Shown here: one piece after another, positions 1 through 13,796 of the stretch
How the letters are laid out: every line of letters begins with the position of its first letter
Position numbering within the stretch: the stretch's first letter is position 1
Assembly (NCBI RefSeq): GCF_963676685.1
Contig: NC_092351.1
Span: 57,226,001 to 57,290,000, forward strand
Direction: 5' to 3'
DNA from: Mytilus edulis
Lineage: Eukaryota
Length of the DNA: 64,000 nt
Translations under genes and position numbers: made by a program
The notes under the pieces: model-generated
The model's input: only the letters and a program-made list of their open reading frames with translations
The model's database searches: none
What the model was told of the DNA's origin: nothing

Positions 1-764
1 TTTATATTTTAAGGGAGAGTTAAAGCTGTTGACAGACAAATACGAATTTGTACACGAAAAAAATCATGGCTTTCAGGAACAAAATGCGTCTGATTTCAAT
101 ATTTGTATACAAAGGATGATTTGTCATAAAAATATATCCATTTAACATTCAGAATTCGTAATCTGATAGTTTTTGTTCGCATTTAATTAAAAAAAAATTC
201 CTTGTAACACAGTACAATAGTTAGTATATTACTGATACACATCGTACTATCTGTAATTAAGCTAGGATCTCCTTACCACCGTTTTATGTGTATAGTAAAA
301 TAAAATTTTACTAGTGTTATTAAAAACTTATTATTTTGAGTAGCAAACTTCCTTAATATCATTCAGATTAATGAAAGGACATTGTGTTGATGTTTTATTG
401 ACAAAGTTCAAATACATTATACGTATTTGATATGCTAAATTTAATCAATTAGGAAAAACGAATTGTATGAAAAAATAAGTTGTTTTATTTAGCAATGTAA
501 TGCTATACCAATTAAACATTCTTGGTATTGTTTACAGAGACAATTATTTGTATGAAAGTATTGAGACGGGACAGGTTTTGTATTTTTGTTATTGATACAT
601 TTAAATAATCGGTCGTTTGAATGTATGTATTTCAACAACTTCTACACTTTAAACGTATGAAACGATTTTTCAAAAGTTTATAAACCTTTGATTCAATACT
701 TTTTAATTTAATGTTTAATTTGCTGCTCTGAATCCCTTTAACCCTAATATTGTAGTATTATGTA

Positions 765-1240
765 GATATAGGAAGATGTGGTATGAGTGCCAATGAGACA
801 ACTGTCCATCCAAATAACAATTTATAAAAGTAAACCATTACAGCCTTTATCACGGAGCCTTGGCTCACACCGAACAATAAGCTATAAAGGGCCCAAGACC
901 TACTAGTGTAAAACCATTCAAACGGGAAAACCAACGGTCTAATCTATAAAAAAAAAAGAGAAACGAGAAACACGTATAAATTACATTAACAAACGACAAC
1001 TACTATACATTAGATTCCTGACTTAGGAGAGGAGGTGCGAACATTAGCAGCGGGATTAAACATTTTAATGGTACCAAACCTTCTCCCTTTTTCTGAGACA
1101 ATAGTATAACATCACAACCTAAAAAAAACAACACACGATAAAATATCAATTGGAATGCTTAACTCAATCAAAAAACGTAAATTAACACACTATGAACGAA
1201 TAAATTTGATCTGCGATGCCTGAATGCAAATTCATAGTTA
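765..1240. mobile_element. Abundant SINE-like interspersed repeat (AGATGTGGTATGAGTGCCAATGAGACAACT family)
   Basis: The same motif block recurs at ~6512-6700 (inverted), ~32690-33040 (inverted), 42005-42056, 48344-48714, 52359-52675 and ~58640-58965 (inverted). Boundaries are approximate and the class is not established. Confidence 0.7.
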
Positions 1241-1653
1241 ATGAAGTAATTAGTGATATATATATAAGGTCAAAAGTAAATGAACAAGTTTAAACAAAGC
1301 TATGGTAGGATACCACTGTGAAATATTTAACAACTTGTAGAAAATCCTCACTTTTGAAAAAAAACCGGTTTCATCTTTACACAGGTAGATAAAAATAATT
1401 TTGTCGTTACGTATACTAAATCTTCCTATTGGGAATACCAAGAAAGTTTTGTAATCTAATTAAACATAATCTATCATTTGGTACATATGCGTGAATATCA
1501 ACAATAAAACTATAGAAGAAATGAAAATTAGTAGATATTCCAAATAATCACAGCTAATATAGACAAGATCCACTATTAATAAAAAATAACAAAAAAGCAT
1601 TACAAATAGTATCATTAAACTCATCATAGATACCAGGACTAAATTTTGTAAAT

Positions 1654-1697
1654 ACGCCAGACGCGTGTTTCGTCTACAAAAGACTCATCAGTGACGC
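1654..1697 (-). ncRNA. Type I hammerhead ribozyme (intact core)
   Basis: Minus strand reads GCGUCA-CUGAUGA-GUC-UUUUGUA-GAC-GAAA-CACGCG-UC|UGGCGU. Stems I and II pair, and the CUGAUGA/GAAA/UH core is complete. Confidence 0.88.
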
Positions 1698-2018
1698 TCG
1701 AATCCAAAAAAGTTAAAAAGGCCAAATAGAGTACGAAGTTGAAGAGTATTGAGGACCAAAATTCCTAAAATTTTTGCCAAATACAGCTAAGATAATCTAT
1801 GCCTGAGGTAGAAAAACCTTAGTATTTCAAAAAATTATAAATTTTGTAAGCAGTTAATTTATAAATATAACCATATCAATGATAATTCATGTCAGCACAA
1901 AAAGTGCTGACTACTGGGCTTGTGATACCCTCGGGAAAATAAATCTCCACCAGCAGTGGCATCGACCCAGTGGTTGTAAATAAAATCATCATAGATACCA
2001 GGACTAAATTTTGTAAAT

Positions 2019-2062
2019 ACGCCAGACGCGCGTTTCGTCTACAAAAGACTCATCAGTGACGT
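2019..2062 (-). ncRNA. Type I hammerhead ribozyme (intact core, palindromic stem III)
   Basis: Minus strand reads ACGUCA-CUGAUGA-GUC-UUUUGUA-GAC-GAAA-CGCGCG-UC|UGGCGU. Stem I ACGUCA/UGGCGU is fully paired, and ACGCGCGU is self-complementary. Confidence 0.92.
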
Positions 2063-2839
2063 TCGAATCCAAAGAAGTTAAAAAGGCCAAATAGAGTACG
2101 GAGTTGAAGAGCATTGAGGACCAAAATTCCTAAAAGTTTTGCCAAATACAGCTAAGATAATCTATGCCCGAGGTAGAAAAACCTTAATATTTCAAAAAAT
2201 TAAAATTTTTGTAAGAAGTTAATTTATAGATATAACCATATCAATGATAATTCATGTCAGCACAAAAAGTGCTGACTACTGGGCTTGTGATACCCTCGGG
2301 GAAATATATCTCATCAATAGGTCAAATGAACAAGAAAGTACGATTTGAGAGTACTTGCAGTTACTGACAGCTATTTAAAAGCCGAAACAATTAATAAAAA
2401 AAAATCAAGCATCAGAGACTAAAATCAACTAAAACACATCCCAGGGATTTAGTATTTTAACGTCATGAACAGTGAGAGTAGACATGACTTGTGCAATGCC
2501 AAACACAAATGTATCGACAGGTAGTAGCTAGGATAGTGAGGAGCGAATTCTTTACAGTATTATGGTAGACTTCAATCAATATTTTTTTCTTAAATGATCA
2601 TTTCATTTAAGGACAATAACTTATAAACTAACTTTATGCTTTTAATTCGTATTAAATAAGTCTGTCATAATTGACGTGTGGAATATGTATGTAGGCTTTG
2701 TATAAGTCTGCTGTTTTTAGGATGACGACCATATTATATTGTGTTGGAAAGTGCATTTAACACACTATATGTAAATATTCTAGTTTACCTACTCAGTTTT
2801 CCAGCCTGATCGTATCGATACTTACCACCAACTTGAGGC

Positions 2840-3640
2840 TACAAAGAGCCTGTGTCGTTCACTTGTATCTACCGTGTTTGGAAAGCATGTACAAGAAGGT
2901 TAAAATCATAATAAATACTAGTAGTATTAGTATTAGATATCCTTTACTGATTGGTCATACGTTTGTTTAATTTGGAACAGTAGTTTAATTATAAAAGCAG
3001 ATAATTTTGAAAAAAAAGGTTAAATAAATCACAAAAAATGACTTAAAAGGACAATAACTCCAATAAGATGTCAATTGACAATGTTGGTCATGTTGATTTA
3101 TTCGTAGATCTTACTTTGCTGAAAACTGTTGCTGTGTATAGTTTATGTCTATCTAAAAAAATATTCAAAATAACCAAAACTGCAAAATTTCCTATAAATT
3201 GCCAATCAGGGCAGCAACCCAACAACGGGTTGTTTGATATGTCTGGATATGTAATGGGGAGATATTTATATAAATCTGGTGAACATTTGTACCCTAAGTC
3301 AGATTTGCTCTTAATGCTTTAGATCCAGAGACATAAGCTAAACACTGTATTTTACCCCAATGTTCTAAGTTTCGTCATGTCAACCATCTTGGTTGTCAGG
3401 CGGGGTATTTGGACACATACTAGATAACATAATAATGATTATGGCCAAGTTTGGTAAAATTTGTGTCAGTAGTTTCAGAGGAGAAGATTTTGTAAAAAAT
3501 TATAATTATAATTGTAAACTCTTATTACTGATTACAATTAATTTATCTATAATAATATTTAAAATTAAAAAACCCAAACTACGAAATTTTCTTAAAACTA
3601 CCATTTCAGGTGCTGCAACATAACAACATGTCGTCTGTTC
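2840..3640 (-). mobile_element. HINE/Helentron-like non-autonomous element fragment
   Basis: Reverse-complement similarity to the 49661-50790 element (e.g. GGGGCAGCAACCC vs GGGTTGTTGCCAC, TTTTACCCC vs GGGGTAAAA). Boundaries are approximate. Confidence 0.55.
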
Positions 3641-4784
3641 GGAGTAGCTGTTTGTCCGGACGAATACTGCTAGAACTTTTTGTCCGGCCATTGAATGCGC
3701 ATGTTATTTCTGTGCGTATAATGCTATCTTCAGCAGCACTAGGGGATCGCATGTTATCCGATCACTATTGATGATCATGGCTGATAGTGTCGATGTCAAT
3801 ATTTGTAATTTTATCAATTTTCAGAATTTAGATAGGGAATTCGACAGTATGAATTCAGAGGATGATATAATTTTACCAATTCATTCGACTCGCTATAGTT
3901 GTATAAATAGTTATCAGAGGAACCAGGATAATAATGTATAAAAGTGGGGATGTGGGACTTGGGTTTATAGAAAAAATAGGGATATGAAACCCTTAGGGAC
4001 AGTAATGATTTGATTTTGTTGGAAAAGAAAAGAGGGATTTGGGAAAAAGGACTACCCCGTGCTTGAAATCGACCCCCCTCATGTAAATGAAATAAAATCT
4101 CACAGGGAATTTCTCGATTAGAACATTACAATGTTCTTTTCATTTTAGGAGGAAACTAAAGAAAAATGCCCCCCTCTCACTCAAAATATGTATGACTTTA
4201 TGCTTAGGGGGTCCATTGCTCTGTTTGATAGATAAAGGCAAAATAGTTTTTTTTACGTTCTATTTTTAGCCATGTCGGCCATCTAGATTGGCAAGTGGGG
4301 TCATTGGACACATTTATTTAGCTAGATACATGTACCGTAAATGTTGATTGTGGCCAAGTTTGGTTAAATTTGGCCAAGTACAGGAGAAGATTTTTATAAA
4401 AGTTAACGACGACGATGACGAACGTCATATGGTTAGGAAGCTGACATGGCGAGCTGAAAATTAATTTTCCGCAAAAAATGAATGATAACAAAGCGATAAA
4501 CGCTACGAACATACACATGTACTTGAATAGATCACCTCCAAAATATGAAAATGTTAAAAAACGAAAAAGAAAACTCTAGCAAAAAACTTATCAAAATTAT
4601 GTACCAGGTCACTCCGGATCCAACATAAAATCTTTTGTCCCATAATTCATGGAAAACCCATTTATCCTTAAAAAGACTTAATAGCTCATAAAAGTTCATT
4701 TGCCAAAATTGAAGCCTCATATTAAAATTCAAATATTTCGAAAGAGCATTATATTGATTGTTTGAAATGGCCGGTGTCCTTTAA

Positions 4785-5113
4785 GGAACAAAATAAGCCA
4801 AAATATTGAAAGGCCATGGAACTCCTTTTCGAAGTATTTGATTTTTAAAATATGGCGGTAAAAAGCTAGAAAGGGCTGACTATGACTTTTACCTTAGATT
4901 TGCATTGGATTTATTTGGGTCTCAAATCAAAAGAAAAGAAACAAAAAATCTGAATTTTTTGAAAATGCAGTTTTATGAGCTTAACGTTTAGTCTTTGATG
5001 AAAAGATAAATGGATGCTATGGGGTAAAATACTTTACATTGTATCGTACGAAAAAAAACCCCAAGGAGTCCGAGCATCTGACACAAATTCCGAAACCTCA
5101 CCACAGTAGATCC
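4785..5113 (+). mobile_element. Truncated copy of the Kolobok-like MITE at 60868-61255
   Basis: Colinear similarity (GACTTTTACCTTA, ATGGGG.AAAA, CCAAGGAGTCC, GACACAAATTCC), ending ATCC|TTAA. Confidence 0.65.
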
Positions 5114-5458
5114 TTAAGGCAATTTTAAATTTGTGTAGGAATTATTCATGGATAAACTACCGTAAACCATTAAACGTCACATCTTAGGCAATTCAACAGC
5201 TAATAAAACTACACGTATACACTAATTAATATATTACAAAGAAGACATATAACACCTTTCCCCTACCTAAACAGCAACACGAACCATCTTTCACTTTAAA
5301 ATCATGATACATCGAAGCATTCCAAAGCTTTTTTAAATAGCTAAAACTTGTATGTGTAGTAACTAATCTACCTAATTTAAATGCGGTAGTTGAAAGATAA
5401 AAATAAACTTAAATGATTCATTGTTTTACTGTAACGAACGAAGTAATATTTTGTCAAA

Positions 5459-5801
5459 ATGGCGACTCATTTTAGAGCTCCCACACGTTTGAATATTAGT
5501 CCTTTCGCAGATACTGTGTCAACAGATTCAGAGACAGTGATGATAAGGAACCGATCGTTGTGGATAGCTGTTTCAGGTTTACAGAGCACATTTCATGCCT
5601 ATCAAAAAGCAATGGAAGAATTGGTAGAAACGCCTCTTCAGAATCTTTCGAATCATACTGACATCCGTGCGGACAAAGCTAGGCTTAAGGATTCTGAGAA
5701 GATATTGAGGAAACATGTACTATTACTTATCGACGGTGTAAAAACCATGAAGAAAGCTATGACTAAACACAGTAAAAAAATCGATGAATTACTTACTCAA
5801 G
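5459..5801 (+). CDS. Putative first coding exon of the coiled-coil/Hsp110-lid gene (114 codons + 1 nt; unrecognised helical protein)
   Basis: AAAATGG start context, open frame MATHFRAP...KKIDELLTQ with amphipathic composition, and donor CAAG|GTAAAT in phase 1, matching the next exon. Confidence 0.72.
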
Positions 5802-8800
5802 GTAAATTTACAAACGACTATTCTTTTGCTGATTTTCCTAAAATGCTTCTGTAATTATTGCTAGGACTTTCATCTATTTATTGTCATTAGTTAAAATAAA
5901 AAAAGTAAGTGAAATGTAGTTATCTTAGAATAAGCCTTAGATCGACGAAAAACAAACAAAATGGGAGTTTACATATTCTATATGACATTCTTTAACTTGA
6001 CTTAAAACGTTCCGAATATTTCACGCATTCAGGGTGAGAAATAGTAACAATCATATATCAACCGATCAAGTAAAAATAAAATCAATTGGAGACACGGATT
6101 CACTAAAAAAAAACAACATGAGAACATTTGTTGATACCATTCTCCTTTCATAAACCCCCTCAGCCAAGGTTGACCTTATTTGAATTTGGCGGTTCTGTTT
6201 ATGTCCTTTTTGATAAAATATCTCCAAACGTTACAGCGTATTTACACATTCCATTCTTAAAATTGCATAGGTTAAGCGATCTTTACGAACGCAAATGCAG
6301 ATCAGTGTTCCAGAAGCATTGGTTTCATTTATTAGCAATAGGTCGATCCTACTGTTAGTGGATTATAAGTCCCCATGGGTACCATCAGCTAAGTAGATGG
6401 TGCAATGGTACTATCATCAATTATAAAATACGTATTTAAATTTATCAGCTAATTATATTTACGTACCACTGACTTCAAGTTGTTTTGATTTTATCATTCC
6501 TGATGAACTTAGACCGTTGATTTTCCCGTTTGAATGGTTCTACACTAGTAATTTTGGGACCCTTTATAGCTTGTTGTTAGGTGTGAGCCAAGGCTCCATG
6601 TTGAAGGCCGTACATTGACCTGTAATGGTTTACTTTTTTAAATTGTTATTTGGATGGAGAGTTGTCTCATTGGATCTCACACCACATCTTCCTATATCTA
6701 TTAGTTTAGAGAAGTGCTTCGGACGCACGAAATTTAGAATGTTTTGATTTCATACACAAGATGATTTTCAATAATTAAAACGTATAATGTATAAAACAAA
6801 CATTCAAATCGTTTCATTTATATCATTAATGTTAGTTAGAACTACTGGTAGTCGATAAGTCTGAGTAGAATTTAATTTCATATGCGCACTAATAAAAAGA
6901 AACATTAAAGAATGTTTTTATTGTCTGACTTTCATTTTTTTTTAGACCTAAATAAAATTGAAAAAGGAAATAAATGGCTATTCTATTTATTTTTTAAATT
7001 ATGAAACAAATTCAACAATTAAAGGGGCACTAGCTGTCAAATTCAAGTTCACTCATTTGACTCAAATTATCATATTGATTTATAACATACTAAAACGTTG
7101 ATCCAATGTATATATAGTCTTTAATAAACAATTTATAATGAATAGGGTCGGATATATGTATCAACACTTCGTTTGTATTTTAGTCTAGACACAGTCTAAC
7201 TAGGCATAATGTTGACCTATAAAGACTACCGGCGGTCATATAACCCGGTTTAAACACAAACATAGATACAAAAGCGAACTTGTACAATCGGAATTTTCTA
7301 TATTTTTCTAATTTCATTTTATAGGTTATAAATATATCTTAATCATCCTTTTCCCCTGTATAAGAATAAGCCTTTTTTTCAAATTAGTCAATCGAATAGT
7401 GAATAATATAGCCTCACTGAATTCGTATTCATATAAACCTCAATTCAACGACTTATCTGGGAGATGGGAGATGGGTTATGGATGTATTATGCGTTTTCAG
7501 ATATTAAAAGAAAAAGAATGTCAAAATTTCAAATAAAACAAGGGTAAATCCATTTGATTGACTGATTCGATACACAAAAACTCATTACTATATTATCAAG
7601 ACCCTTATACATGTTCTCTGTGTTCTTAACGCAGAAATTTTCGTAATAGTTCATAAATAAGTTTGTGTATGAGTCCTTAGCATAATTCCATTAATATTAA
7701 CCACAGACTGAGTGATAGTCTTTGTGGTGCTTGACCTCTTTTCACCCACTCAACAAATATCAGACTAAGAGTAAAAGTAGCAGGTGGACAAATGAACGTC
7801 AGCCATCCTTGAGAAGAATTAGTGCTTTTTAGCTACATGTGCTATAGCATCAGGAAAATTCCGTCAACAATGGTTAATTTATTTTCAAGGAGTTGAGATA
7901 ATTTGTATTCATACGGGAATTATGAGAATCTATTTAAAGAGAGAAAATCTCATTCCTATACATGTAAAAGCGCTGATTTACGCATATATTTAACCTATTT
8001 AAAATAGTAAATGAAACAGACTAAGAAAAATCAAATTGCAGGAGTTTGCTTTCTACTTATATCAATATTTACGTAGTTATAGGATTATATGACCGTCGGA
8101 GGTCTTCGGAGATTACCTTGGTGGGTAATTAGATGCAAATGCCTTAAATATAATCAAAAGCAAAAAAGAAATTGATGTAAGTGTGGGCAAGTTTAATCAT
8201 ATACAAATTATCTATTTAATAGTATTTCCAACTTTGTACTTTATTCATATCTATTTTATCCTATATCATAATGATCTTACTATATTGAACATATTTTGTA
8301 TTATATGGTCCAATGACTCCAAATATTCTATGTAGGCTCTTTGATATAAACCACCACTGACTATTGGACAAACTATTTTTCTTAATAGTTGTTTTATCTG
8401 GTTCTGGCTAGTTTGACAGTTCACCTTTTGACTATATATACTGTAATGTTAAACTATACAGTCAATGCAGAATAAGTAACACCAGAAGCAACACTATGAG
8501 CCGTATCCAGCATTATGAGGCATTTACATTAATGGGGTTTTCAAATTAATCCATGGTTAAAAATGTTTGTCTTAAATATTTTATTTGTTTTCATTTACTT
8601 TGCTAATTGTATTTCAAACTTTATTTTTTCTTATTTACCTGTTATTAAGTTTTATTGTTGTATAGTATTTTATTTATAGGTTAGACTATACTTGGTGATG
8701 TTTTATGAAGATTTAAGCCCCAGGCGGAGCCGAGGGTTTAAATCTTCATTAAACATGACCAAGTATTGTCTGGCCAATTTAAAACATATTCACACTTTCG

Positions 8801-11441
8801 AGTGACCTTTCAAAATTATCCTTTCCCATTGTAATATTTAAACATGAACAAGAGTTCACTTTTTATAATGAACTAAATGTAAAACGTAGGTAATCATCGT
8901 TTCAATGGATGGAATGAAATAGCTGTGACATAGTTTGTCAGGACCAAATGGATAAATTGTTTTTCTTCTGCTTCAGGTAAAATTTAATACTTATTTATCT
9001 TGAGATTTTTTTATTTTAAAAAACAACACAATATTATATAACTCCCTTTTTGAAATTTGATTTTTTTTTTATAAATATAGAACTCAGTACATATATTGTG
9101 TTTTTCTGAAAAAAAATTCCTTTGCTTTATATATCAGCAATCTGGCATTGTTTTCTTGAACATGTTGAAAGAAAAAACAATCCCTCAAATGTCAGGTATA
9201 TACATTAAATAAATACTATTTTACCTATATCGTTACCCCAATTGTTTTTTTTGTTTATTCTATATATTTGTACCATTAGAAAATGTATGAAAATTTGCAA
9301 AATTCACAATGTTTTGTTTTAATCTTTGCTCTTTCACCTTTTATCAGTAGACTTTTTTCCTATGGAAAATGCCTCAGGGAATTGTACATTTCGTTAGTGC
9401 ATTTATTAAGAGTTCACTTTCATACTTAACTGACAATGAAAAGTCATTCACGTATAGCATTTCATAGTGCATGGAAGATCATGTACTATGAAAATTAGAG
9501 TGGGAAAAACTGACTTTTCATTGGTCGAGAAGGGGTGAGTATGTTCTAAATAGTCGTATGGTCTTACTTACTTCAGTGAACATTTTTCATTAGAATTGAT
9601 TAACAAATTGTTTACATTCAGAGCTGTCTTTTAACTGTGTTTTTCATTATTTTGCATTTGCAATTGTGTAATAAAAAATAATATACATTATGTGCTACAA
9701 TATGATATATTCATTTCTTTGTAAAGTTTTATTATTTGTCATTAGCTGTATATTTTAGATATGTCGTTGCCTTCTTTTTATATATAATAAAGTATTTGAA
9801 CGTTCTGCGTTCAATTCATCTAAGCCTTATTCCACCTGTTCAAATAAGAACTTATATGCAACAGCACGGCCTTCAGAGATGCGAAACCCCATACCATATA
9901 CTCGACAATAAAAGGTTTCTGAGCCAAACAACTGTCAGTATATAATAGGTCTTAGTGAAGCTAGTGTGTTACTCTCAAGAACCAAGTTAGAAAACTTCTT
10001 AAAGTTTATACCACAGACTTACACTCCACATGGAATTAGTCAATCGATTAATGAATAATTTGACCTAACTGAATTCGTATTCATGTAACCTTCAATTCAA
10101 CTACTTAGCTGGGAGATGAGTAACACATGCATTAGGCGTGTTCAGTTATTGAAAGGAAAAGAATGTCAACATTGAATGTGAAACAAAAGGTAAATCATTT
10201 GATTGACTGATTCATTCCTATACAGTTAAAACGATGATAAACATATATATTTACTAGTAGCCTATAATATAATATAAAACAGACAAATCAAAAAATCAAA
10301 TTGCACGATCTACTTATATCTATATTTATGTTAATATCGGGCTATAAACCATTGGCAATCTTCAGAAGTCACTCCAATAATTGAAAGGCGTCAAAACTAA
10401 AATACACACGGCACACTAATACAATTATCGAGTCCATGCAATGCATTATTAGTTTACTATTGCATACTAATTTTGATTAGATTTCAAGTATATCCTTTTC
10501 ATTTTGGATGTTACATTCGATCAAATTCCGGTTGTCGATTATTTACCATATTGTGTTGTGAAAAGCCAATGTGGCTGTACCTTTTAAATGCTTTGATAAC
10601 AGTTCTTTTATTATGTCTTCTGTATGCTATAATGGTCGTATGGTTAAATATGCATTAAGGGTTTTGTGATATTTGTTACAAGTGTTTAGCTTCTTTATTG
10701 ACGTATTGAACCTTATTAACATTACTAGTGGTTGTATTGATTCCGTTTCCTTGGGCATTGTCTAAATCAAATATATCCTTTCTGTACTTTTTGTTTGATC
10801 AAAATTTTGATTACTTCGATATTTTATATCCTCTTTTGAGCAGACGTCTTTAGCTTTAGTTCACTTGACCTACTAAGTCATTCGATCATTTGCCACCCGT
10901 TTGCGTTCTTACTCCGTTGTCTGTCTGTCCATCTGGCCATCCGTTCATCGTCTGGTATCGATAAAGATCTTCTCAATTAAGACCTCTAGACCAAATTTTA
11001 ACCAAACTGTAGAGCTGCATGATTCGTAGGATATCTAGACGAGAATAAAGTGTGTGTTATTCAATTCTTTTTAGATGGTTAAACATTGATAATAGTAATA
11101 AATGCAGTGTTTTATTTATTCCCCACCGACTTGAGATTTCAACTCAAATCTGAAACGATAATAATCATGTTAAGTTCGGTATAATTGTACAATCCTATTG
11201 GGAGTTACTTTTCCTGAAATAATACATTTTACGAAATGTCTCTGTTTTAAGTTAATATCATGAAAACTATAATAAATCATGTGAACAAATTATTCAATGA
11301 GTTAACATTTAAAAGTAAGTGGAATACAGAAATTGTAAATGAATTCCCTACAGGAGATTTTTTTAGTTAATATAGTTAAAAGTCACAGGTTTGGGTAGAA
11401 ACGATGATAAATGAAGAGCGTTCAAACTTTAAGTGAAAAAA

Positions 11442-11579
11442 CAGGGGCAGATCCAGCTATTTTAAAAAGGGGGTTCCCAACCCAGAGTAAAAGGGGGGGG
11501 GGGGGTTCCAACTATATGCTCCCATTCAAATGCATTGATCGGCCAAAAAAAGGGGTTCCAACCCTTGGATCCGCAAATG
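11442..11579. mobile_element. Small MITE with CAGGGGC.GATCCA-type termini
   Basis: Imperfect inverted termini CAGGGGCAGATCCA...TGGATCCGCAAATG; GC-rich against the background. A related element lies at ~50895-51015. Confidence 0.5.
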
Positions 11580-12952
11580 CAAAAACGATCTGCAAAGTCG
11601 GAAGATTTACAAATAATTAAATATAATCAACATCGCCAATTGATCCTTTCTATGAGTTCTTGCCCTTGAAAGATTATTTTTACCAAATAATTCGCTAGAC
11701 TATTGTAAAAAGAGATAAACTTACAACATACAACAAAGATGTTAAGCCCATAATACCTACAAATAAGTAATTAAAACCACGATGTTCGATCGATTTCTTG
11801 TAGGGTTATTCCCTTGCCATTATTTCAAACACGTAAGGAGCTGGGTTGAAAACTTCAATAACTAAAAATGATCAGTATGAAAAAAATGTACTTGTTTTGC
11901 CACCGAACTATATATATTTTCCAATTTATACAATTATGGCTGTTATAATGTTAACTATAATAAGTTTGGTTTAAAGTTTTATACGGAAAAGGTTCAACAC
12001 GACAAGGTATATCTACCCTGAAAATCAGAAAAAAATTGTAAAGTTATTGGCCTTGAAATATTTTTTTTGCATTTCTGAATGTGATCGTAAATGATTAAGA
12101 ACCAATGTTAACAGTGTAATTGAAAATTTGATTTATATTAGTTCCGAAGATAGAGCACGTGTTAGTCGAAAATGGCAACGATAAACGCAAAATGGCATGG
12201 TCATGGCAATATTTCGCTATGGAACCTGTCAAAAATTGAAATCAGAAATCGTAATATTTAGAAAAAAATATAAATGATGAAACATGCAGAGGTAAAAAAT
12301 TGTCAACTTTGTTATGCAAGTTTGACTTAAAAGATACGACCACTCAATAAGGTAGATTATAACCGTGAATGTTCTAGGACTACTGGCTATATCTCGAAAA
12401 CTAACAACTGATGAAGCCTAAAATTTTAACCATGTTTGACCTTTATAGGCAACAATTTAAATATTAGGGGAATTATGATCTTTCAATATAATATGTAATT
12501 TTATAAAAAAAAGTCTCAAACAGTTAAAAACAAAGAAAAAAGTACAGGGAACTTGTATTGGACAGACGTTAACCTTCAGAATCGACTATGGTAGGCTGAA
12601 CCAGCTTTTCTAGAACAGAAACACACTTGCAATGTATAACTCAGAATCTTTTAAGCGTATGGATGCAGTGTTCTCCTTCACACATAAATATGCAAGTCTT
12701 TAGTCTTATTATATCAGTATTCTTATTTGTTTCATCGTTTTTTCTTCTTTTTTGTTATAAAAAGGATGTAGACGTGGTCAGATATTTAGTTGAACTTCTA
12801 GAATTTATCTACATTATGTTAAACGCAATGCCTAACATTCTAGTCTTGAAAAGATTTTCAGCAAAGTTTTGTTAAACATGTAGGTAAATACAGAAAAAAA
12901 GATGCAGGATATTATTATGTTTCATCTTTGCCTATTTTTCATTTCTATTCAG

Positions 12953-12999
12953 ATGACCCGGATATCTCCAGAGGATACAATGATGTAGAAGATCACAAG
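12953..12999 (+). CDS. Putative exon 2 (47 nt; DDPDISRGYNDVEDHK)
   Basis: Long pyrimidine tract + CAG acceptor and AAG|GTAGAT donor. Phase 1 in, phase 0 out, which exactly bridges exon 1 to the phase-0 repeat exons with no stop. Confidence 0.65.
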
Positions 13000-13796
13000 G
13001 TAGATTAAAGAATAAATAAATTTTGTACCAAAAACTTATCAATAAAGGCAACAGTAGTATACCGGTATTCAAGAGTCATAAATTAATTGAGAAAAAACCA
13101 AACCGGGTTACAAACCAAAACATAGGGGAACACATCAACTGTTAGAGGAAAACAATGAATAAACAGGAGCACTGAAGTGCAACAAAAGCAAACGCCACCA
13201 AACATAGAAACGAACTGTTTGACAACGGCTGCCAAATTCCAGACTTGGGGCAGGACATTTTAATAAAAAAAAAGTGGTTTGAACTTGGTCTAATGGAATC
13301 TCATTACAATTTTTTTTTCATTTTATTACTATGGCTCTTTCATTGATTAGATTAAACATTGTTTAATAAGTATTTTACAATCATTTTTATAGCTATTTAG
13401 CAAGTTACTATCAAACTTTTTTTCACAGTAGGATAATCAATAACCTGTCCAATGTAACATTTGTACTGGCAGTATTCTAAAATACGAGATAATACATAAC
13501 ACAATGATTTATTTAATAATTTTATGCTTTATTCTACATCCTAGTATATATATATAATTAAAGCATTGTAACAGATGAGTTATGGCCCCTGAACCAAGGT
13601 GATTAGTGTTTCATAGCTCCGCAAAAAAGTGATTTTTTTTAGTAAGATTGCAGCTAATAGTATGGTATGAATTGTTGAAGACTGTATGCAATATATGTTT
13701 ACGGTTCTTTTGAGACTAAAACATTCAAAAACGGACAAATAATTTAGTATTTATCAATGTGTGAAGACAAAAAAAAATCCAAACGAAAAAAACAAA

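Larger units (their letters stand above)
1616..2312 (-). mobile_element. Non-LTR retrozyme tandem array (~1.9 units, 365-bp period)
   Basis: Direct repeat: TAAA(C/A)TCATCATAGATACCAGG starts at 1616 and again at 1981. Each unit carries a minus-strand type I hammerhead and has no ORF. Confidence 0.9.

Noticed and set aside
5802-5854. C-terminal tail of the 131-aa ORF as a single-exon gene
   Set aside because: It follows a good AAG|GTAAAT donor whose phase matches the exon at 12953, so it is treated as intron read-through.
7019-7600. Complete Kolobok-like element starting TTAAAGGGGCACTAGC
   Set aside because: No matching right terminus found; only scattered related fragments (~8000-8150, ~10030-10380).
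8942-8977. Possible extra mini-exon (CAG|GACC...TTCAG|GTAAAA)
   Set aside because: Poor pyrimidine tract, no similarity to the other exons, and not needed for phase continuity.
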